From the NCBI GenBank assembly GCA_963799775.1, contig CAWCYD010000003.1, positions 992,001 through 1,056,000 on the forward strand: a DNA stretch of 64,000 bases, read 5' to 3'. This stretch comes from an uncultured archaeon. GTDB lineage: Archaea > Thermoproteota > Nitrososphaeria > Nitrososphaerales > Gagatemarchaeaceae. Of this stretch, positions 50,869 to 60,484 are shown in pieces (position 1 is the first letter of the stretch; each line of letters begins with the position of its first letter). The position numbers were made by a program, and so were the translations under genes. Below the pieces are notes generated by a model. It was given only the letters and a program-made list of their open reading frames with translations. It was not told where the DNA came from and made no database searches.

Positions 50869-50886
50869 TCTTCTTGCATCAATCTC

Positions 50887-51320
50887 CTATACGACTACCG
50901 AGGCGAGGTTGGCTATCCTCGGCCACTTCTCCGCTGCCTCGCTCGCGACGGGGCCCTTGATGTCGGTTCCCTTCATCTCTCCCTCTGGGGTGACCAGGAC
51001 AGCCGCGTTGTCCTCGAAGCAGATCCTCTGACCGCTGACCCTCCTCACCGCGTACTTTTGCCTGATGACGACCGCTCCCCAGACCTGGTTCCTCAGGTCC
51101 GGAGGACCCTCTTGACCGTGCACTGGATGTGGTCGCCCACCGAGGCTGCCGGGTACCTTGCTAGCCTCGTCTTCGCCCTTGTGACCATTATGACCTTGAG
51201 AGTCTTCGCGCCTGTGTTGTCTGCGCAGGTGATGACCGCGTTGAGAGGGATGGAGCGAGTGATGTATGTCTTGAACTCCTCTACTCCCTTTGCGGAGACG
51301 GCTCTGGACTTTGTGGACAT
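50887..51320 (-). CDS. rpl14: 50S ribosomal protein uL14 (frameshift near 51110)
   Basis: CADNTGAK; FEDNAAV, IKGPVA. Confidence 0.95.
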
Positions 51321-51323
51321 TCT

Positions 51324-51650
51324 CTAGGCGCCTCCTCTTGTCTGGACTACGACGAACGAGACCGTCTTCGCCAAGGGCCTGCACTCCGCTATCGTGGCGA
51401 TGTCGCCTTCCTTCGCCTCCACGCACGGTGGGAGGTGGGCGTGTACCTTGCTCCGCCTCCTCTCGTATCGATTGTACTTGGGTACGCGTTGGAGCAGCTC
51501 CCTCTGGATTACGACGGTCTGCTTGTTGGAGACCGAGACTATTGTCCCCACCAGCATCTTGCCTCTGACCTTCAGGTGTCCGTGGAACGGGCAGCGGACG
51601 TCCTCGCACCCGCGCTTCGGCGGGGCCATGTCGAGGCCTGCGGAGTTCAT
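51324..51650 (-). CDS. rps17: 30S ribosomal protein uS17
   Basis: [19 protein letters not shown]. Confidence 0.96.
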   Translation of the reverse strand: MNSAGLDMAPPKRGCEDVRCPFHGHLKVRGKMLVGTIVSVSNKQTVVIQRELLQRVPKYNRYERRRSKVHAHLPPCVEAKEGDIATIAECRPLAKTVSFVVVQTRGGA

Positions 51651-51904
51651 CTCGTGCGTCTCTCCTTTCTTCCGAGAAGCGCGATCCTGTCCTCGAGCCT
51701 TCCCTCAAGGTCGTCGCCGATGAGTATCTTCCCGCTGGCGAGCTCGAGGGCGCTTCCGGACTTGGGCAGGATGAGCTTCCTGTTGTCAATTGTCTTGAGC
51801 GTCAGGGTGTGCATCGTCTCGAGCACGACCTTTCCCTTTAGGCCCAGCAGCACCGAGTTCTTGGCGGCCGCGACCCTGACATCCTCGCCGATGATGAAGG
51901 TCAT
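51647..51904 (-). CDS. rnp1: RNase P protein component 1 (Rpp29)
   Basis: [19 protein letters not shown]; conserved position. Confidence 0.88.
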   Translation of the reverse strand: MTFIIGEDVRVAAAKNSVLLGLKGKVVLETMHTLTLKTIDNRKLILPKSGSALELASGKILIGDDLEGRLEDRIALLGRKERRTR

Positions 51905-52107
51905 TCTACTACTCCCTTCTCCTTCATCACCGTCAGCAGTCGCGCGATGTCGCGCTTTACGCGAGCCACCGAGCCGCTCTGCTTCTGGATCATCCCTCTC
52001 GCGGTCAGGCTTGCGAGCCGGGCCTTCTCTCCGCGGAGCTCGAAGAGCCTGTCCTTGAGCTGGTCTGCGTCCTGGTCTCTGAGCGCTTTAGCTTTCACTC
52101 TTGGCAA
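51901..52107 (-). CDS. rpl29: 50S ribosomal protein uL29
   Basis: KRDIARLLT. Confidence 0.93.
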   Translation of the reverse strand: MPRVKAKALRDQDADQLKDRLFELRGEKARLASLTARGMIQKQSGSVARVKRDIARLLTVMKEKGVVE

Positions 52108-53024
52108 TCTCTTCCACTCCTGTCTCTTCCTTCTTCTCAGCGTCTGCTGCCTTCTTCTTTGTTGATCTCTTGCGCGTACCCGTCGTTGTCGTCGTCGACT
52201 TGCGCTTGGCCCGAGTCGCCTTCTTTGGCTTCGCTGCCTGCGCCGCGTCCGGTGCTGCCTCCCCTGCCGGGGCAGTTGGGCCCGCTGGAGCTGGCGTCAT
52301 TGCGGCGACCGCTGGTGCGCTCGGGGCGGCAGGTGTCGCGGCCATGGGTTGGGGCGCAGGGGCTGGTTGGGCCTGTGCTGCCCCTGGGACGGCCTGCTGC
52401 TGTTGCTCCTCCGGCTTTTGGTCGATGAACTCGACAGGCGGCGGGAGCGCGTCTGGTATCGCTATCTTCACCTTGATTCCGAACAGACCGAGCTTGAGCA
52501 GAACGTCCGTGGTCGCCGATCTCACGATCTGGTCGGCTGTCTCCCCGCTCTTCGGGACGACGCCCATCCTGTACTTCTCCTTGTGGGCCCTGTCGCTTCG
52601 CAGCTTCCCCGCGACGCCAATCTCGCAGCCCATTGCACCCGCCTCCATTATGGTTGTCATGGTCCAGTTCGCCGCCCTTCTGAAGGCCGTCCCCCTCGCG
52701 ACTATCTGGGCGGCTCTCTGCGCCATTATCCTCGGGTTGAGCTCGGGCCTCTCGACCTCGGAGACCGCGATCTGGGGATTTGGTAAGTTGAACTTTTGCG
52801 CGACCCTGTCCGTGAGCTCCTTGATCCCTGTGCCGCGCCTCCCGATCGCCAAGCCGGGCCTCGTCACGTAGACCGTGATCCTCGTGCCGACGGGGTTCCT
52901 CTGGATCTCGACGCCTGCGTACCCGGCCTCCTTCAGCTGGCTCTCTAGGAACTCGTCGAGGTCGGCGTAGGTCCATGTGCATCGAGAGCAGGCTTTTGAC
53001 GGCGCTCTTTTCGACCTGCGACAT
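52088..53024 (-). CDS. rps3: 30S ribosomal protein uS3 with long low-complexity C-tail (frameshift near 52972)
   Basis: RPGLAIGRRG KH motif, GAMGCEI.VAGKL. Confidence 0.95.
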
Positions 53025-53033
53025 GCCCCTCTG

Positions 53034-53495
53034 CTATGCCTCCCTCGCCACGAACTCGACGTGCACAAGCACGTGGAAGTTCGGGCTGCTTCGACCGTGC
53101 GCCCTAGGAACGTAGTCCTTTATCGTCCGGCCCGCTTTCGCCGAGGCGTGGACCAGTCGCACTCTCTCTGGGTCGAGGCCCTTGAACTCACAGTTGCCCC
53201 TGAGGTTCTGGAGGACTTCAAGAATTCTTCCAGCCGCCTTCACCGGGTACGAACCCGATGGGAAGCCAACTAGCTCGCTCCTGTGTCCAACCTTCAGTTT
53301 GTGCCGCCTGAACGCGATAGGTGCCTTTTGCGCCTGCACGGTCTCTGCTAGCTCGATTGCCTTCGACAAGGTCATCCCTTTCAGAGTGTTGCATATCTCG
53401 CGCGCCGCCTTTGGCGAGATGTTCAGCTCTCTCCCGCTAGCCCTGACGTGAATCGCTGGGTCGTAACCCTGCATCGTGTATCCATATGTAGGCAT
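53034..53495 (-). CDS. rpl22: 50S ribosomal protein uL22
   Basis: ISPKAAREIC, YPVKAA, PRAHGR. Confidence 0.95.
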   Translation of the reverse strand: MPTYGYTMQGYDPAIHVRASGRELNISPKAAREICNTLKGMTLSKAIELAETVQAQKAPIAFRRHKLKVGHRSELVGFPSGSYPVKAAGRILEVLQNLRGNCEFKGLDPERVRLVHASAKAGRTIKDYVPRAHGRSSPNFHVLVHVEFVAREA

Positions 53496-53666
53496 AGCGA
53501 GTTCGGTTCCTTCCGACCGGCCGGCGGAGTGGATATAAAGCTAACTCAATGAGAGGGTGTCAGTAACCATTTTCTTAGCGGATGCCATGAAAGTTTCGCG
53601 GCCGTTTTTTCGAGACGCCAAGGTTAAACGCAGTCCGGACTTCTTGCGTGCGGAAGGGTTGAGCCT

Positions 53667-55382
53667 CTGGATCGTACGACTCACGACGTGATCATCGTCG
53701 GCTCGGGGATCGCCGGCCTGCGCGCCGCGATCGAGGCGGCGAGGGTGAGCGGGGGCAACATCGACGTCGCGGTCGTCACGAAGCTCCAAGCGATGAGGTC
53801 TCACTCGGTGAGCGCAGAAGGAGGGACCGCCGCCGTGCTCTACCCCGAGCTAGGAGACTCGCTCGAGTCCCACGTCTTCGACACGGTGAAGGGGTCTGAC
53901 TATCTTGGCGACCAGGACGCGATCGAGAGGTTCGTGAGAGCGATGCCCGCCGAGATCTATCAGCTGGACCACTGGGGGATGCCCTGGTCAAGGCGCGAGG
54001 ACGGGAGGATCGCGCAGCGCTGGTTCGGGGGCTACAGCTACCCAAGGGCGACCTTCGCCGAGGACAAGGTCGGGTTCCATGAGATGCAGACCCTCTACGA
54101 CACGTGCACGAGGCACGAGTGCATCACCTTCTACCAAGAGTGCTTCGCCACGTCGCTGGTTGTGGAGCAGGGGGAGTTCAGGGGCATCACCGCGATCGAG
54201 TTGAAGACGGGAGAGCTAATCGCCCTCTCCGCGAAGGCAGGGATTATCGCCACGGGAGGCGCCGGGAGGCTCTACAGCTTCGCCACGTACGGGCACGGGT
54301 CGACGCCGGACGGGATCGTGATGGGCTATCGCGCTGGCATCCCCCTCAAGGACATGGAGTTCGTCCAGTTCCACCCCTCGGGACTGATCCCATCGGGGAT
54401 ACTCATCACGGAAGGGGCGCGGGCGGATGGGGGCGTTCTCCTCAACAAGGAAGGGAAGAGGTTCATGGGAAGGTACGCGCCTGAGAAGCTCGAGCTGGCA
54501 TCCCGGGACGTCGTCTCCCGCGCGATCATGACCGAGATAGAGGAGGGGAGGGGGTTCAGGGACGAAAACAGCGGATACGAGTACGTCGAGCTGGACCTCA
54601 CGAAGATAGGTGCGGAGAAGGTGAAGGCCCGTCTCGCGGGGATAAGGGAGATCTCAATGAAGTTCAGAGGGATCGACCCGATCGAGGAGCCTCTCCCCGT
54701 GCGCCCGGTGTGCCACTACATGATGGGCGGGCTCGACGTGGACATCGACGGGGCGACACGGATCAAGGGTCTCTGGGCTGCGGGCGAGGCCGCGTGCGTC
54801 AGCATCAACGGCGCGAACAGGCTGGGCGCGAACTCGACAGCCGAGTGCTTGGTCTGGGGGACGATAACGGGCGCCCAGGCCGCCAGATACGCTGGGGACA
54901 AGCCTGAGCAGGGTCTCCCCAAGGAGAGAGTCGCTCAAGAGGAGAAGCGGATCTTCGACGGGATACTCCACGGTCGGGGAGGGACGAACCCCTACGACGT
55001 CATGGATTCGATCCAGAAGACCATGGACAAGGGAGCGTTCGTCTACAGGACGGGAGAAGGGATGGCGGAGTCGATCCAGGAGGTCAGGAGGCTGAGGGAG
55101 GAGGACTTCCTACATTGCGACGACCAGAGCAGGCGCTACAATACGAACCTCACGAACGTGCTCGAGGTCGAGGCCATGCTCCTAGCAGCCGAGGCAGTGC
55201 TCGCCTGCGCGTATGCGAGGCGCGAGAGCCGGGGCGCGCACGCGAGGAGGGACTATCCAAAGAGAGACGACGTGAGCTGGCTGAAGCACAGCCTTGCCAC
55301 GTTCAGGCCGGAGGGAGGGCTGGAGCTGGGCTACAGCCCGGTCAAGATAACGGGATACCAGCCAGCGGAGAGACACTACTAA
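53667..55382 (+). CDS. sdhA: Succinate dehydrogenase flavoprotein (start uncertain, 53667 CTG or 53688 GTG)
   Basis: GSGIAG, RSHSVSAEGG, QFHP, HYMMGG, GANRLGANS, ESRGAH. Confidence 0.95.
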   Translation: MDRTTHDVIIVGSGIAGLRAAIEAARVSGGNIDVAVVTKLQAMRSHSVSAEGGTAAVLYPELGDSLESHVFDTVKGSDYLGDQDAIERFVRAMPAEIYQLDHWGMPWSRREDGRIAQRWFGGYSYPRATFAEDKVGFHEMQTLYDTCTRHECITFYQECFATSLVVEQGEFRGITAIELKTGELIALSAKAGIIATGGAGRLYSFATYGHGSTPDGIVMGYRAGIPLKDMEFVQFHPSGLIPSGILITEGARADGGVLLNKEGKRFMGRYAPEKLELASRDVVSRAIMTEIEEGRGFRDENSGYEYVELDLTKIGAEKVKARLAGIREISMKFRGIDPIEEPLPVRPVCHYMMGGLDVDIDGATRIKGLWAAGEAACVSINGANRLGANSTAECLVWGTITGAQAARYAGDKPEQGLPKERVAQEEKRIFDGILHGRGGTNPYDVMDSIQKTMDKGAFVYRTGEGMAESIQEVRRLREEDFLHCDDQSRRYNTNLTNVLEVEAMLLAAEAVLACAYARRESRGAHARRDYPKRDDVSWLKHSLATFRPEGGLELGYSPVKITGYQPAERHY

Positions 55383-55414
55383 AGTAGAAAAACCGCGAGT
55401 GAAATGAGAGGCTC

Positions 55415-55906
55415 GTGAGCGGCGAGCTGGAGGAGGCGAAGAAGGCCGACCCCGGGGCGAAGGCGGCTGCCAACAAGAGGGGCGTGCTCGGATGGCTCGA
55501 CCCTCGCCACCTGAACATGGAGAGGTGGGCCTACGTCTTCCAGAGGGTGACCGGCCTTGCCGTGCTCGCCTATGTCGTCGCCCACATCGGGGACACGAGC
55601 TTCTTCGTGGGAGGGCCTTTCGGTGAGGGCCCGAGCGCCGCGTCGTGGTCGTCAGACCTCAGCGTGACGGAGAACGTCTTCGGCCACGTGGTCCTGGTGA
55701 TGGTCGTGCTCGTGGTGGTCTACCACGGGATAAACGGGATGAGGCTGGTCCTCGCCGAGTACGGGCTCATCTTCGGGAGGCCGACCAGGCCGGACTACCC
55801 GTACAAGGCGAGGTCCCTCCACAATGTCCAGAGGCACCTGATCTGGGTGGCGATAGTCGGCGCGATCCTGGCAGCCCTCTACTCCGGAGGAATCCTGTTT
55901 GGGTGA
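55415..55906 (+). CDS. sdhC: Succinate dehydrogenase cytochrome b subunit
   Basis: QRVTG, AHI, YHGINGMR. Confidence 0.85.
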   Translation: MSGELEEAKKADPGAKAAANKRGVLGWLDPRHLNMERWAYVFQRVTGLAVLAYVVAHIGDTSFFVGGPFGEGPSAASWSSDLSVTENVFGHVVLVMVVLVVVYHGINGMRLVLAEYGLIFGRPTRPDYPYKARSLHNVQRHLIWVAIVGAILAALYSGGILFG

Positions 55907-55912
55907 CCCCAG

Positions 55913-56263
55913 ATGAGGGAGTCGAGGATCATGCAGATCCAGTATGTCACCGCGGTCCTCGCACTAGGGCTCGTCACGCTGCACCTGCTCATGCAAGGCG
56001 TGCTCGTCCCATACGGGGAGGCGGTCTCGTTCCAGAGGGTGCTCTCCATCTACAGGAACGCAGTCGACGGCGCGCTGCTCGAGATACTCTTGATTGTCGT
56101 CTTGGCGCACGGCTTCAACGGCCTCAGGGTCATACTGCTGGAGTGGCGCCAGGGAGAGAGCTGGAGCCGTAGCGTGAACTGGGTGCTCCTGGCCGTGACC
56201 CTGTTGACGATCGCCTATGGCACCAGGACCGTAATACTAGCGGCGACCGGCCAGGTGAGCTAG
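55913..56263 (+). CDS. sdhD: Succinate dehydrogenase membrane anchor
   Basis: TLH, AHGFNGLR, three TM helices. Confidence 0.83.
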   Translation: MRESRIMQIQYVTAVLALGLVTLHLLMQGVLVPYGEAVSFQRVLSIYRNAVDGALLEILLIVVLAHGFNGLRVILLEWRQGESWSRSVNWVLLAVTLLTIAYGTRTVILAATGQVS

Positions 56264-56264
56264 A

Positions 56265-57039
56265 TTGGGCGACATCACACTCAGGATCCAGAGGTTCGAC
56301 CCGTCGGTCGAGAGGGAGCCGCATATGGAGAGCTACTCTGTCCCCTTCACGGACGGGATGACGGTCCTCGACGCTCTCCTCTACGCGAAGAGGAGGCTCG
56401 ACCATGGGATCTCGATCCGCTTCTCGTGCAGGATGGCGTCTTGCGGCTCCTGCGGGATGAAGGTAGACGGCAGGCCGCGCCTCGCATGCGAGACCCAGAT
56501 CTCGGAGCTGGGAGGTTCCTCTGTCAAGGTCCAGCCCATGGACAACTTCCCGATCGTGAGGGACCTGGTGGTCGACCTGGAGGGCTTCTTCGCCAAGCAC
56601 GCCGAGCTCGCCCCTGGGATGACGAGGAAGGGAGACCCAGAGCAAGAGTCCCCGACAGGAGAGTACCTGATGACGCCCGAGGAGCTCGACTCGATCGTCC
56701 AGTTCACCTACTGCATAAAGTGCGGTCTTTGCAGCTCGGCCTGCCCGACGAGCTCTACGGACTCGCTCTTCCCGGGGCCGCAGGCGCTGGCGCAGGCCTA
56801 CAGGTACCTCAGCGACCCGAGGGACGAGGCAGGCGCAGAGAGGGTGGAGAAGGTCGACGCGGAGCACGGCGTCTGGAGGTGCCACTTTGCCGGGACGTGC
56901 TCCGCGGTCTGTCCGAAGGGGGTAGACCCGGCGCTGGGAATACAGCTGCTGAAGCGACACGTGATGGCCGGAAGGTCAGCCAAGAAGAGGGCGGTTCTGT
57001 TCCCGAACCCGAACAAGGGACCTCGTCGGAAGGCGGTAG
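56265..57039 (+). CDS. sdhB: Succinate dehydrogenase Fe-S subunit (true stop probably 57037-57039; an extra G at 57017 extends the ORF)
   Basis: SCRMASCGSC, CIKCGLCSSACP, CHFAGTCSAVCP. Confidence 0.93.
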
Positions 57040-57047
57040 GGCAGGGC

Positions 57048-57455
57048 TCACTCTGTCGGCTCTGTGTAGTGGTCGCCCATGTACCCGTACACCCCCGTCT
57101 TGAGCACCTTGACGGAGAGCATTGCGCACTTTATCCTCGCGGGACCGAGGTCAGAGGTGCCCAGCATCTCTTGGATGTCGTTCCTCGAGAGGCCTCTCAC
57201 CCACTCCAGTTCCTTCCCCTTCGCCATCTCTGTCAGCATCGAAGCGGAGGCCTGGCTGATCGCGCATCCCTTGCCCACGAACTTTACCTCCTCTATGGTT
57301 TTCTTGTCCCCCGAGAGCCGGACCTGCATCTCGACCTCGTCTCCGCACAGGGGGTTCGTGTCCCTGGCGTCGATGTCGTGGGGGTCGAGCTTGCCAAAGT
57401 TCCTGGGGTTGCGATAGTAGTCTAGGATCAGCTCCCGGTAAAAGTCGCTGCTCAA
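57048..57455 (-). CDS. sufU: SufU/IscU-like scaffold/sulfur acceptor
   Basis: NPLCGD, GCAISQAS, RIKCA. Confidence 0.9.
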   Translation of the reverse strand: MSSDFYRELILDYYRNPRNFGKLDPHDIDARDTNPLCGDEVEMQVRLSGDKKTIEEVKFVGKGCAISQASASMLTEMAKGKELEWVRGLSRNDIQEMLGTSDLGPARIKCAMLSVKVLKTGVYGYMGDHYTEPTE

Positions 57456-58708
57456 ACGCAGAACACGCTCTTTGCCTTTAGGAGGGCTCCTATGAACGCA
57501 TCGATGTCCGCGATGGAGTTGTAGACGTAGAAGCTCGCGCGGCTCGTCCCCGGGACGTCGAGGAGCTCCATGAGGGGCTGGGCGCAGTGATGTCCCGACC
57601 TTATCGCCACGCCTTCCTCGTCGAGGATCGAAGCCATGTCGTGCGGATGGATGTCGGCCAGGTTGAACGAGATCACTCCCCCGCGCGCCTCAGGGTCCAT
57701 CGGGCCGTAGATCTTGAGGTTGAGGATGTGCGACATCTTCTCGAACGCGTATCTCAAGAGCTCTACCTCGTGCCTCCTGACCTTGTCCATCCCGAGAGAG
57801 GTGAGGTAGTCGATCGCGACCCCCAGCCCGATCGCGTCGGCGATGTTCGTGGTCCCGGCCTCGAACTTGTATGGCACGTCGTTCCACCTCGCGCCGTCGA
57901 GGTGCACTTCTTTGATCATGTCGCCGCCGGACTGGAAAGGCTCCATCGAGTCGAGGAGCGCCTTCCTTCCGTAGAGAGCGCCTATCCCCGTCGGGCCTAG
58001 CATCTTGTGCCCGGAGAACGCGAAGAAGTCGCACCCGAGGCTCTGGACGTCCACCGGCATGTGGGGGATGGACTGGGCCGCGTCGACGAGGGTCGTCGCG
58101 CCCGCGCCCTTGGCCATCGCGCACATCTTCGCCACGTCGTTTATGGTGCCCAGGACGTTGGAGCACTGGGTGAAGGCTACCATCTTTGGCGAGTCCCCCA
58201 GCATCCTCTCGAACTCACCCATCTCGATCCTCCCGTCGCGCGTGAGCGGGGCATACGCGATCCGCGCGCCCTTCTCCTTGGCGAGGAGCTGCCACGGGAC
58301 GATGTTGCTGTGGTGCTCCATCATTGTGAGCAGTATGACGTCCCCCTGCTTGATGGACTGCGAGCCCCACGCGAACTTTACGAGGTTGATCGATTCCGTC
58401 GTCCCGCGCGTGAAGACGATCTCCTGAGAGGCCGAGGCGTTGATGAACTTCGCCACCTTCTTCCTGGAGTTCTCGTAGGTCTCCGTCGCCTCGATGCTCA
58501 GTTGGTGGACGCCGCGGTGCACGTTCGCGTTGTATCTGGAGTAGTAGTCGACGAGGGCGTCGATGACGACCTTCGGCTTTTGGGTCGTGGCTGCGTTGTC
58601 GAGGTAGACCAGTCGCTTCCCGTTGACCTTCCTGTTCAAGATGGGGAAGTCGTTCCTGACCTTTTCCACATCTACGACCTTCGTGGATTCTAGCATCTCT
58701 ATTCTCAC
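57452..58708 (-). CDS. sufS: Cysteine desulfurase SufS
   Basis: YLDNAATTQKP, SGHKM, RSGHHCAQP. Confidence 0.96.
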   Translation of the reverse strand: MRIEMLESTKVVDVEKVRNDFPILNRKVNGKRLVYLDNAATTQKPKVVIDALVDYYSRYNANVHRGVHQLSIEATETYENSRKKVAKFINASASQEIVFTRGTTESINLVKFAWGSQSIKQGDVILLTMMEHHSNIVPWQLLAKEKGARIAYAPLTRDGRIEMGEFERMLGDSPKMVAFTQCSNVLGTINDVAKMCAMAKGAGATTLVDAAQSIPHMPVDVQSLGCDFFAFSGHKMLGPTGIGALYGRKALLDSMEPFQSGGDMIKEVHLDGARWNDVPYKFEAGTTNIADAIGLGVAIDYLTSLGMDKVRRHEVELLRYAFEKMSHILNLKIYGPMDPEARGGVISFNLADIHPHDMASILDEEGVAIRSGHHCAQPLMELLDVPGTSRASFYVYNSIADIDAFIGALLKAKSVFCV

Positions 58709-58716
58709 GCGACCAG

Positions 58717-59025
58717 TTAGATCTCTACGAAAATGGCTCCTTCCTCTATTTTAACATTGTAACGGCGCAGAGGCTCAGTCGCAGGCGGGTTGTAGACCTC
58801 GCCGGTCCGGAGGTCGAACTGCGAGAGGTGGAGCTGACAGACCACCCTCTCCTCGACCATGAACCCTTGGGAGAGCAGGGCCTCCTCGTGCGTGCAGACC
58901 CCGTCGACGCAGTAGACCTCTCCGCCCAGGTTGGAGAGGAGCAGCTGCCTTCCCTCGAGCTCGACTCCGGCCATCGTTCCCGGAGGGAGCTTCGAGAGGT
59001 CCATCGCTCTTACGAACCGCGGCAC
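58717..59025 (-). CDS. Rieske ferredoxin
   Basis: CTH...CQLH, FDLRTG. Confidence 0.9.
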   Translation of the reverse strand: MPRFVRAMDLSKLPPGTMAGVELEGRQLLLSNLGGEVYCVDGVCTHEEALLSQGFMVEERVVCQLHLSQFDLRTGEVYNPPATEPLRRYNVKIEEGAIFVEI

Positions 59026-59033
59026 CCTCTGCT

Positions 59034-60454
59034 TCAGCCCCGGTACTTGTAATGCCGCTCGAAGATGTCGCCGCCGGTGTGCCTCTCCTCGTCAGGCACC
59101 TCGCCGGTGAGGGCCATCAGCGTCTCCTTGTCGACCAGTCGCCTGCGCTCGCCGGCCCATTTGCCCTCGATGGTGAACTTCGCCCCTTCGCGCGCGTACT
59201 CTATCGGGATCCTCGAGAGGACCGGCTCGAAGAAGCCTATGACGATGATCTTCTTCGCCTCGTCCTGGGGCAGGCCTCTGGCCATCAGGTAGAAGATCTG
59301 CTCCTCGTCGATCTGCGCGACGGAGGCGGAGTGGGTGGCCTTGACCTCGTTCGTGTCGATGTCCAGACCGGGGATGGCGTCCGACCTAGTCCTCTTGTCG
59401 AGGAGCATCGCGTGATGGGCGAGGTAGGAGTGGGAGTTCTTCGCCCCTTTCTTGATCTTTACCATTCCCTTGAAGATCGACTGGGACTCGCCCTTCAGGG
59501 ACCCCCCTCGCGGTAAACGAGCCCGCCGAGTCGGGGGAGTTGTGGATGAGGTTCGCGTCGAGGTCGTATCGCTGCTTGCCGTCGCAGAAGAAGACCTGGT
59601 AGCCCTCGAACGACGAGCCCCTGCCGTTGAGCCCCAGGCTGAACCTCGACCGGGTGATTTGGCTGCCAAGGAGGATCGTGGCGAGCGAGGCCTTTGCGTT
59701 CGCCGCCACCGAGACGCCCTCGTTCGCGAGGTAGACCGCGTTGTCGTCGAGGAGCTGGAGGGTGCTCACGTCGACCTGGGCGCCGTCTTCGGCGAAGACG
59801 TCAAGCGTAGAGCTGGTAAGATAGGGAGCGGCGCTCTCGCCGCTGTAGAACTCCTGCAGGAAGCTGAAGCCCGAGGACTCCTCGGCGTAGATGACCGTCA
59901 TCTCCACGATGCTCGAAGACGGGGAGCGTGCGACGACCATCCTCCGTAGGGAGGAGGGCGCCTTGACCCCCTTCGGGACCCGGATGAAGATGCCAGAGTT
60001 GAAGAATGCGGAGTTGAACGCGGCATACTTCTCCTTGGCCGGGTCGGCGAGCCGCCGGGCCAGGAGCCCTCGAAGCAGGTCACCGTGCTTCGCCACCGCG
60101 TCGCGGATCCCCAGGCACCTCCACCCCGCTCTTCGCGTATTCCAGGTCGAGGTCTACGTGGACGGTGGTCGAGTTTCCCTGGAGGACTATGTTGGACTCT
60201 CTTCCAGTGAGGAAGCCCTTGAAGTGGTCCCGCATGTCGATCGACTGCTCGGCGGGGCCTACAGGGAACTGCTCCGGGTCGAACGCCGAGACGCCTTGGT
60301 ATTTCGTGTATAGCGGCGAGGTCTCGAGAGGGAGAGAGGAGAAGCTCTTGAGGGCCTCCAGCCTGTACTCCCTGAGCCAGTCCGGTTCTTCTAGGCTCTT
60401 GGATAGAGACTGCACCTGTTCGGCCGTGAAGCGAGAGACGGTTCTCTGGGCCAT
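59034..60454 (-). CDS. sufD: SufD (apparent frameshifts)
   Basis: EPDWLREYR, AAFNSA, ATHSASV, YLMARG, over three frames. Confidence 0.88.
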
Positions 60455-60484
60455 CCCATTGCGCGCTCCTCTTCGAGTGCCTGT

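Noticed and set aside
50887-51789. 300-aa ORF ending in uL14 sequence
   Set aside because: Shadow frame over rps17/rnp1 joined to the frameshifted rpl14 3' half
57040-57425. Long SdhB C-terminal extension antisense to sufU
   Set aside because: Removing one G at GGGACC (57017) gives a normal stop at 57037-57039
6108-60454. Mass pseudogenisation or programmed frameshifting of essential genes
   Set aside because: Essential genes are otherwise intact on both sides of each break, and breaks fall in homopolymers or GGWCC sites, typical of long-read error
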